From contig JAFMCU010000002.1 of assembly GCA_017857595.1 (NCBI GenBank), forward strand, positions 458 through 64,457: DNA of 64,000 bases, written 5' to 3'. This stretch comes from Thermoprotei archaeon. GTDB lineage: Archaea; Thermoproteota; Thermoprotei; Gearchaeales; Gearchaeaceae. The translations under genes were made by a program, and so were the position numbers. The first letter of the stretch is position 1. Each line of letters begins with the position of its first letter. The notes beneath the pieces were generated by a model. That model was not told the origin of the DNA and made no database searches. It was given only the letters and a program-made list of their open reading frames with translations. Below are positions 1 through 7,458 of this stretch, in pieces.

Positions 1-224
1 ATGCCTTTGTCCCCACGGGTAATCCGTTTCACCAAGGTTTCGCCTTCCTCAGCATGCTACATTCGTTGCCGAACGTAACATAACATCATTGACATTTAGC
101 GAAACCTTGTCCGTTTCTGTTATTTACCAGGCCTTCCGGCCTATGCCTCACGGCATCGTGGGTCCTTTTGTGACGGAGGACTTTCCTCAGGTTAAACCTG
201 ATAGCTACTCTATGCTCCCTTACC
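1..224 (-). ncRNA. rnpB: RNase P RNA, 5' portion (the rest runs off the window start)
   Basis: GC-rich island in AT-rich DNA. The minus strand reads ...CUGAGGAAAGUCCUCCGUCAC..., containing the universal CR-I GAGGAAAGUCC (forward 178-188). Further on are GGCCUGGUAAAUAACAGAAACGG and CCUUGGUGAAACGG, which resemble conserved RNase P core segments. The exact 5' end is uncertain. Confidence 0.6.
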
Positions 225-276
225 TATTTTTAGAATTATTTAATTATTTTAATATTTTTATTGTTAAAATAGCAAA

Positions 277-1608
277 ATGATAATAAGAATTGGACTAGAT
301 GATACTGATAATTTAAATTATGGCTGCACAACTTACATTGCAGCTGAAATTATAGAGGAAATATTTAAACATGGTTATAATCTTAAAGATTTTCCATATT
401 TAGTGAGACTAAACCCAAACATACCTTACAAGACAAGAGGAAATGCATCAATATCATTGATAGTTGATGGCGATGAAAATTTAATAAATTTAATAATTAA
501 TAAATTGAAGAACTTTAAATTTATAATAGACCCTTTAAGGAATAAACCACAGCCTGTTTTAGCATTTTATGTTTCTAATAAAATACCTAATGGATTAAGA
601 AATTTTTATAAAAAAGCTTTAACACAGGTCATAAATATTGATGAAGCTATAGAAATAGCGAATAAATATAAAATAAATTACTACCCTTTACTTAATGGAA
701 CTAGAGGGTTAATAGGTTCCTTAGCTGCAATTGGTGCTGATTTATCAAAAGAATATTCATATGAATTATTAGCATACAGAGACTTAAATGATACATTAAC
801 TCATAGAAATATATCTTATAAATTAGTTGAGAAAATGGATGAAATTTTTTCTGAATCTACTTTCGGGAATATTGATAAAAATAAAAAGAGGGTGTTAATA
901 ACACCGCATGGTTCTGATCCTGTTTTTCTTGGTATTAGAGGATATGATCCTAATAAACTCATTCAAGCATATAATTTTTTGAATGTAGAAGATAAAATTA
1001 CGAAATGGATAATTTATAAAACAAATCAGGGTACTGATATACATTTAAAAATTGCAAAAGAATTAGATATTTATAAGCCATATTACGTGTTTAATAAAAC
1101 TGTAATACTTATCGAAGATCCTAAAATTATTTGTGGCGGCCATGTAATACTTAAGGTTAGAATAAAAGATATAGTGATGGATGCCATCGCATACAAACAG
1201 AGTGGTATACTTAATAGATTTGCAAGATTACTTAAAAAAGGGGATATCATAGAAATAGGTGGGGGTATTAATAAAAACTCTTCTATAAACATTGAAAAAA
1301 TAATTGTTAAAAAACTAACTACTAGAGAACAAAAAATTATCCCATATTGCATTTATTGTGGTAAAAAAATGGATTCGGAAGGCGATGGCCAGGGAATACG
1401 TTGTGATAATTGCGCTCAGAAATATCCGTTTAAATTTTCTTTTATAGTAAAAGAAAATTGCGCCTACTTAAAAGACGGAATGATAATATTACCTGATTAT
1501 AGTAGCAGAAGACACCTATCTAAATATGAGAATTATACTACAAGTAAAGTGATAAAATTTAGTAGCCAATATTTCCACTTTAAATTAAAGCAGACAAACA
1601 TTACTTAG
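277..1608 (+). CDS. tiaS: tRNA(Ile2) 2-agmatinylcytidine synthetase TiaS
   Basis: 443 aa. The N-terminus MIIRIGLDDTDN..GCTTY is typical of TiaS/DUF1743. There is a C-terminal zinc ribbon CIYCGKK...CDNC. Confidence 0.8.
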   Translation: MIIRIGLDDTDNLNYGCTTYIAAEIIEEIFKHGYNLKDFPYLVRLNPNIPYKTRGNASISLIVDGDENLINLIINKLKNFKFIIDPLRNKPQPVLAFYVSNKIPNGLRNFYKKALTQVINIDEAIEIANKYKINYYPLLNGTRGLIGSLAAIGADLSKEYSYELLAYRDLNDTLTHRNISYKLVEKMDEIFSESTFGNIDKNKKRVLITPHGSDPVFLGIRGYDPNKLIQAYNFLNVEDKITKWIIYKTNQGTDIHLKIAKELDIYKPYYVFNKTVILIEDPKIICGGHVILKVRIKDIVMDAIAYKQSGILNRFARLLKKGDIIEIGGGINKNSSINIEKIIVKKLTTREQKIIPYCIYCGKKMDSEGDGQGIRCDNCAQKYPFKFSFIVKENCAYLKDGMIILPDYSSRRHLSKYENYTTSKVIKFSSQYFHFKLKQTNIT

Positions 1609-2461
1609 CTAACAAAACACCATAATTAATTTCTCTAATTATTTTAAATCCTGCTTGTTTACATCTACTCTTTATTTTATTTACAATGCTTTTATGAGAA
1701 AGAGATCCTACATAACCAACATAGTGGAAAAGAAGTCCTTTATTTGGCAATATTGAATAAATTAACTTGTATATGTCAAGTGAATAAAGTTCTTCGGCGA
1801 TTCTGAAAGAAGGAGGGTCATAAATAATTTTATTAAAGTAACCTTTTCTTATTTCTTCCAAAGATTCTCTAATATCACTAAGAATTATAGGTATATTAGC
1901 CAAATCTCTTGACCAAGGATTATATTCAGCTATGCGTAGTACATTTATATCCTTTTCAACTGTTATAATTTTCAAAGGATGCCTACGAAAAGCTTGTATT
2001 GCAGTATAACCTAAGCCTGTACATAAATCTAAAACTCTGTCATATCTTCTTATATTTAACAATTTAACTTTTATTGCTGAATCTTCCCATGGTGTTATAC
2101 CTTTGATTCTATGCATATGTATCCCATTTATTTCTAATGTAGGTGCTGTATCGCCTATGTATTTCAACTTATAAAAATTACCTTTATCAAAAAATTGCAA
2201 CACTTTAACTATCCCATCGTTATAGGAATAAACAGTATTCTCATTAGATTCTCTTGCTATATTTCTAATAATATCAACAGGTATTATATGATCTTTATAA
2301 TGCAAATAATTATTTTTTAAAAGGATGTTTGCCTTAGACAGGCCCAAATCCAATGTATCTTCAAACAATGATTGCCCCTTCTTTATATACCGCATTATTC
2401 TCTCACATAAATTCTTTGTTAGAATAATTGATTCTCGATATGAAAAAATATAAATACGCAC
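1601..2461 (-). CDS. Class I SAM-dependent methyltransferase (COG2521-like predicted archaeal methyltransferase)
   Basis: 286 aa. SAM motif I VLDLCTGLGYTA and a post-motif IYDPPSF (DPPx type). Substrate unknown. Confidence 0.55.
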   Translation of the reverse strand: MRIYIFSYRESIILTKNLCERIMRYIKKGQSLFEDTLDLGLSKANILLKNNYLHYKDHIIPVDIIRNIARESNENTVYSYNDGIVKVLQFFDKGNFYKLKYIGDTAPTLEINGIHMHRIKGITPWEDSAIKVKLLNIRRYDRVLDLCTGLGYTAIQAFRRHPLKIITVEKDINVLRIAEYNPWSRDLANIPIILSDIRESLEEIRKGYFNKIIYDPPSFRIAEELYSLDIYKLIYSILPNKGLLFHYVGYVGSLSHKSIVNKIKSRCKQAGFKIIREINYGVLLAK

Positions 2462-2487
2462 AACCCCCTTAATTATAGAGTTTTTAT

Positions 2488-3342
2488 TTAAAATTTCTTC
2501 CTTATTTCTAAATCAATTCTATACTTTGCCTTACCAGGCGAGTAATTACTAACTTTGCTAAATGACAAAATTTTAAAATTGTTCAGACGACTTTCTTTTA
2601 GATCATTTTCAACTATTTTCTCTATTTCATTGAATGTATAATCTGTATTCACAATTTTATAATAATGTAGAATACCTCCACTATCTTTTAAACAGCCTAT
2701 TCCTAATTTTAAATAATCCTTTGAAATAAGCGGCAATGTCATTATAACTCTATCAGCATAATTATCAAAAAATGGACAAACATTTAATACGTCGTCATTT
2801 ATGCATAAAATCTTATTGCCAACCTTATTCAAAATTTTATTATATAACATGTAATTAAACGCTTCTTCATTTTTCTCTATTGCAACAATTATTTGCACAT
2901 CCGGCTGCTTCTTTGCTATTGCTATAGCATAAGGGCACGCGCCTGCGAACATATAAATTATTTTTTCACCAGCTTTTACACTATTTGCTATATCAATTCT
3001 ATCTTTCGCATCTCTAGTTGAGAAATACATTTTTAATGGATCTACACGTAAATAATACCCGTATTCTTTATGAATAACATCAGTTTCACCTGGCATCAGA
3101 ATTTCATAGTTGTATAATCTATATTCGCCTAATCTAGGCCCTTTTTTCCTCAAAACAGCTTTAACATTTTTATGTATATTTTTTATTGCTTCTGCAATTT
3201 TTATTTTATAGTTTTCTAATTCCTGAGGAATTTCGATAATAGCAACTTGCCCTTTTTTTGATCCAATCAAATCATAACTGTTAGGTATTAAGCTATGAAG
3301 TTCTTTAGGTATGATATTTGATAAATATTGTTTAATTTTCAT
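2488..3342 (-). CDS. trm5: tRNA (guanine37-N1)-methyltransferase Trm5/Taw22 family
   Basis: 284 aa. Met-10+ like pattern YYLRVDPLKMYFSTRDAKDRIDIA..GEKIIYMFAGACPYAIAIAK. Confidence 0.75.
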   Translation of the reverse strand: MKIKQYLSNIIPKELHSLIPNSYDLIGSKKGQVAIIEIPQELENYKIKIAEAIKNIHKNVKAVLRKKGPRLGEYRLYNYEILMPGETDVIHKEYGYYLRVDPLKMYFSTRDAKDRIDIANSVKAGEKIIYMFAGACPYAIAIAKKQPDVQIIVAIEKNEEAFNYMLYNKILNKVGNKILCINDDVLNVCPFFDNYADRVIMTLPLISKDYLKLGIGCLKDSGGILHYYKIVNTDYTFNEIEKIVENDLKESRLNNFKILSFSKVSNYSPGKAKYRIDLEIRKKF

Positions 3343-3358
3343 TTTTTATAAAATGATA

Positions 3359-3433
3359 TAGCGGGGGGTGGATTTGAACCACCGACCTCTGGGTTATGAG
3401 CCCAGCGGAATAACCTGGCTTTCCCACCCCGCT
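3359..3433 (-). tRNA. Initiator tRNA-Met (CAU)
   Basis: Hand-folded cloverleaf AGCGGGG-TG-GGAA..TTCC-G-CTGGG-CTCATAA-CCCAG-..-GGTGG-TTCAAAT-CCACC-CCCCGCT-A. It has A1:U72 and three G:C pairs (29-31:39-41), the archaeal initiator signature. No encoded CCA. Confidence 0.85.
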
Positions 3434-3580
3434 AATTTATTCAATATATTATGTTCATATGTGATATTTAATTTTTATAAAACCCCCTTATTTTCCACTG
3501 GAAAAATAATTTGAAAATAAATCGATTTTTAAAATAAAACTATAATTATCTAAAGATTTTCAGTGGAAAAAATGGGGTGA

Positions 3581-4930
3581 TTATGTAACATTATTATTTA
3601 TTTTTTTTAATTCTTCTTCGAGTATATCTAGTCCTTTTTCAATGAATTTTTCTTCCAAATTAAGAGGCGGTGCAATTCTTATTACTGATTTTCCTGCAGT
3701 TATTATTAATAAGCCCCTCTTCCAACAATTGATTATAAGATCATTAGCTTCTTTCATTGCATACTCTTTTGTTTTCTTATTTTTTACAAGTTCAACACCT
3801 ATCATAAAACCTTTACCTCTAACATCACCTATAATCTCATATCTTTCCTTCATTTCATTTAGCCTATTTAGAATTTCTTTACTTAGTAAAGAGACTCTAT
3901 CTAATAACTTTTCTTCTTCAATGACTTTTATAGTTTCAATTGCCGCAACACATGCTAGAGGATTCCCACCAAATGTAGAAGCATGAGCTCCTTTTGCCCA
4001 TTTCATGATTTTATCCCTTGCTACAGTAATGCCTAGAGGTAGGCCGCTAGCAATTGCTTTGGCTATTGTGATGATATCAGGTTCAATTCCATAGTGTTCT
4101 ATAGCAAACCACTTACCTGTCCTTCCAATACCCGCTTGTACTTCATCATCTATTAGAAGTATATTATGTTTGCCCGTAATCTTTTTTAACCTTTTGAAGA
4201 AATCGTCAGGAGGCCATACAAACCCGCCTTCACCTAATACAGGTTCAAATATTATTCCTGCAATTTCTTCCGGCGAAACCATTTTCCCAAAAATCCATTC
4301 TTCTATAAAATCTAAACAAAAGTAATTACAATCAGGAAAGTTTTTTCCGAATGGACATCTATAGCAATAAGGATAGGGTACATGCACAGTACTTGGTAAT
4401 AAAGGGCCAAATTTTTCTCTATGAACGGATTTTGACGCTGTCATGCTAAGGGATCCATATGTTCGCCCATGAAATGATCCAATAAATCCCATTAAATACT
4501 GTCTGCCAGTATAATATCTTGCTAATTTTAATGCTGCCTCATTAGCTTCAGTTCCGCTATTTGCATAATGAAATTTTAATTTATCCTTTATAGGGATAAT
4601 GTTCTTTAAGATTTTTGCCAATTCTAAAACTTCAGTATAATAAAAGTCTGTAATGCTATAATGAATCAATTTTTCTGCTTGTTGTTTTATCGCTTTAACA
4701 ACCCTATCGTGTTTACCTATATTTAAGCATAAAAGACCTGAATTAAAATCAATGTATTTATTACCATCTACATCAATAACTATATTTCCTTCAACCTTAT
4801 CAACATACAATGGATAGTATCTTGCGTATGATGGAGAGATTAAATCTTCATCGATCTTTAAATATTCTCTGGCCTTTTTCCCTGGCGGTTCTTCTAAAAT
4901 AATAGGTAGACCTTTTTCATCAACAACCAT
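3581..4930 (-). CDS. Class III PLP aminotransferase (4-aminobutyrate/acetylornithine aminotransferase family)
   Basis: 449 aa. LIDDEVQAGIGRTGKWFAIEHYGIEPDIITIAKAIASGLPLG and GSFHGRT motifs. Confidence 0.8.
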   Translation of the reverse strand: MVVDEKGLPIILEEPPGKKAREYLKIDEDLISPSYARYYPLYVDKVEGNIVIDVDGNKYIDFNSGLLCLNIGKHDRVVKAIKQQAEKLIHYSITDFYYTEVLELAKILKNIIPIKDKLKFHYANSGTEANEAALKLARYYTGRQYLMGFIGSFHGRTYGSLSMTASKSVHREKFGPLLPSTVHVPYPYCYRCPFGKNFPDCNYFCLDFIEEWIFGKMVSPEEIAGIIFEPVLGEGGFVWPPDDFFKRLKKITGKHNILLIDDEVQAGIGRTGKWFAIEHYGIEPDIITIAKAIASGLPLGITVARDKIMKWAKGAHASTFGGNPLACVAAIETIKVIEEEKLLDRVSLLSKEILNRLNEMKERYEIIGDVRGKGFMIGVELVKNKKTKEYAMKEANDLIINCWKRGLLIITAGKSVIRIAPPLNLEEKFIEKGLDILEEELKKINNNVT

Positions 4931-4996
4931 AATATATAAAGTAACTACTTCTTCATAAGTTTATTAAATTTATTTTAGTCAAATATATTAAAAATT

Positions 4997-5485
4997 ATGG
5001 GTAAAATTTTATCTTATAAAATTCAACCCCCTAAGGATGTTAACATAATAATAGGGCAATCTCATTTTATAAAAACTGTAGAAGATATATATGAAGCAAT
5101 TATGAATGCGTCTTCGAATATAAAGTTTGGTGTTGCATTTTGTGAATCATCAGGACCACGTCTAATAAGGAAAGATGGTAATGATAATAATCTAATTGAG
5201 TTAGCAGTGGAATATGCAAAAAATCTTGCATGCGGTCATTTATTTGTTATCTGCATTAAGCAGGGTTTTCCTATTAATATATTAAATAATATAAAAAATT
5301 TACCTGAAGTGGTAAACATATATTGCGCTACGGGTAACCCCGTCTTAGCTGTGATTTATGAGGAAGATGAACAAAGAGGCCTTCTGGGCGTATGTGATGG
5401 TTTTACACCTTTAGGAGTAGAAGATGAAGAACATGTTAATGAAAGAATAACTTTTCTAAGAAAAATAGGTTATAAAAGAGGATAA
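4997..5485 (+). CDS. Adenosine-specific kinase-like protein (PF04008 / PAE2307 family)
   Basis: 162 aa. The pattern IIGQSHFIKTVEDIYEA...FCESSGPRLIR...CGHLFVI matches the family as I remember it. Confidence 0.45.
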   Translation: MGKILSYKIQPPKDVNIIIGQSHFIKTVEDIYEAIMNASSNIKFGVAFCESSGPRLIRKDGNDNNLIELAVEYAKNLACGHLFVICIKQGFPINILNNIKNLPEVVNIYCATGNPVLAVIYEEDEQRGLLGVCDGFTPLGVEDEEHVNERITFLRKIGYKRG

Positions 5486-7227
5486 ATAGAAAAAATAAGT
5501 ATATTAACCACAGCATACAATAAATATGGTAAAATTTTACCATATTTAATAAGATCTAAAGTTGCTTTTTCATATATTATTGGCAAATCTCCAAATATTT
5601 TCAGCCTCGGTGTGCTTAGCGTCGAAAAGCCAACAATTGCATCTTCAACAGAATTAATAGATGCTTTTATAGCACTCTCTATTATATTGCATAATTTATT
5701 CCAGCTGTTTTTATCGTAGCCTAGTGGGTAATAACTATTTTTACCAGAAAAGCTTGCAGTCAATATATGTGAGTCAGTAGAGCATATAATTAGTTCTGTT
5801 ACTAAATTATTTAGCCTTTTTTCTATGTATCTTCTTAACTCTAAAATCATATTGTTCGAGTCAATTAGAATTAATGAATAAATGTCATCTTTTAATTTAA
5901 ATGTTATTACTTTGCCTATACCTGTGGTTTCTTTCCTAAATTCGGGGGGGACATAAAATTTATAATGCCCAATTTTTGTTTCATAGCAATTTGCATTTTT
6001 TAATTCTTCTATTAATTCTTTTATGCATCTTAATAATACACTGTTTATTTCTTCAATACAGGTCTTTATGTTATCACTATAAGAATTATGAGCATCTATT
6101 AAGAATAAATCTATAAAACCATTGTTTTTTGCAAATTTTCTTGCTTCTTCTTTAACTTTTATATCTATATCATCAAGTATTCCTTCTTTATTAGCTTGAA
6201 CTATTGCAATTATTAGATTATTTATTTTAAATCCTTTAACTTCTATACCATTATATATTTTTTTAACAATTCTAGATATCTTTAATGGCTGATTTGTATA
6301 AATTTTATTTATCTTATCAATCAATGTTTTTATAAATAAATTTTTATCATCGCTTGAAGTTAGATCATAAGCATGAGTTGTAGGACCATGAAATGGATAT
6401 ATTTCAACACCATTATGAAGTAATAATATTGTAGGCAAATCAGAGCTTCCTACATTTAAGAAAGGGCCTGGGTGTATTGGTAATTCTAACAAAGCTATAC
6501 CATGAGTATTTATATTGTTTTTTTTATTGAACTTTATTATAGGCACATCAAAAGATTTTTTAAAAATTTTTTCATCTTTTAGAACAGTCTCATAATAATA
6601 GTGATTTTTAGTTAACCATGTCAATAGGAAACCTTTAAAATGCTTAATAGCGTCAAATTTGTATTTCTTTTTGCTTATTATTCCAACATATTTTAGATAC
6701 AATAAAACCAAGATAATTGATAATATGTTAATAACATATAATTTTATTATTATTTCATATAAATTATTTATGTTATAAATAATAATCAATAAATATAAAA
6801 GCATATTTGTTATAATTATAAATTGGTATATTAAAAATATCTTAATTCTTGAAGATTTCGTCGTGAATAAATAAGTTATATATGATAATGTTGAAAATGT
6901 TATTACAAAAGAACTTGAAAAATATATTTTATATATTGGGATTGTAAACCAAATTATTACTGCTAAGATAATTCCGCCTAAATTGAATGTTTGTAATGCA
7001 ATGACTCGCCTAAAATTTATTTGTTTATCACCTAATTTAAGTAGTAAACTTGCCGGTACTAGCAGAATAGAAGCTAAGAAGTAATACAATAAATACTTAT
7101 AGTTAATTATGATCATAAAAGCTAAATTAATTGTGAAAAATAGTAAAGCTAAAATAATAACCTTAAATAAGGAAGGCGTAGACTTCAGTTCTTTATAATA
7201 CGCCGTCCAGTTCTTTGAGCTAATCAT
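5470..7227 (-). CDS. Polytopic membrane protein with a large C-terminal soluble domain (DUF2070/COG3356-like)
   Basis: 585 aa. The N-terminal ~200 aa are very hydrophobic with multiple predicted TM helices. The C-terminal domain carries HPGPF..GSSDLP, IDAHNS and CSTDSH motifs. Confidence 0.45.
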   Translation of the reverse strand: MISSKNWTAYYKELKSTPSLFKVIILALLFFTINLAFMIIINYKYLLYYFLASILLVPASLLLKLGDKQINFRRVIALQTFNLGGIILAVIIWFTIPIYKIYFSSSFVITFSTLSYITYLFTTKSSRIKIFLIYQFIIITNMLLYLLIIIYNINNLYEIIIKLYVINILSIILVLLYLKYVGIISKKKYKFDAIKHFKGFLLTWLTKNHYYYETVLKDEKIFKKSFDVPIIKFNKKNNINTHGIALLELPIHPGPFLNVGSSDLPTILLLHNGVEIYPFHGPTTHAYDLTSSDDKNLFIKTLIDKINKIYTNQPLKISRIVKKIYNGIEVKGFKINNLIIAIVQANKEGILDDIDIKVKEEARKFAKNNGFIDLFLIDAHNSYSDNIKTCIEEINSVLLRCIKELIEELKNANCYETKIGHYKFYVPPEFRKETTGIGKVITFKLKDDIYSLILIDSNNMILELRRYIEKRLNNLVTELIICSTDSHILTASFSGKNSYYPLGYDKNSWNKLCNIIESAIKASINSVEDAIVGFSTLSTPRLKIFGDLPIIYEKATLDLIKYGKILPYLLYAVVNILIFSIYPLL

Positions 7228-7264
7228 TTGGACTCTAAATTTTATATTTTATAAGTATTTATTT

Positions 7265-7438
7265 TTAAATTACAATTATGTTTGCATTTAATAGAATAAC
7301 GATTGATACGAGTAATATACTTAATATTATAAGCAATCCTGGGTTGATCTTTATTTTTGAAAGATCTTCCTCGTAATATGCAATAAGCCCAGCTGAACTA
7401 ATAGGAGTGGCCTCTTTTTTTCGTCTACTCCTGGACAT
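7265..7438 (-). CDS. secG: Preprotein translocase subunit Sec61-beta (SecG), not in the ORF track
   Basis: My own translation gives 57 aa: MSRSRRKKEATPISSAGLIAYYEEDLSKIKINPGLLIILSILLVSIVILLNANIIVI. It has the basic N-terminus, the SAGLI.Y.EE motif and a single C-terminal TM helix, as in archaeal Sec61-beta. Confidence 0.75.
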   Translation of the reverse strand: MSRSRRKKEATPISSAGLIAYYEEDLSKIKINPGLLIILSILLVSIVILLNANIIVI

Positions 7439-7458
7439 TTTTATTATATTTCTTATTT

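Noticed and set aside
89-280. 63-aa ORF at the window start
   Set aside because: It lies on the opposite strand of a GC-rich segment carrying the RNase P RNA signature GAGGAAAGUCC. The amino-acid sequence is not protein-like in any family I recognise.
3359-3433. tRNA(CAU) as tRNA-Ile2, the TiaS substrate (tiaS is 1.7 kb away)
   Set aside because: A1:U72 and the three consecutive G:C pairs at the bottom of the anticodon stem are initiator features. Elongator tRNA-Met and tRNA-Ile2 normally start with G1:C72.
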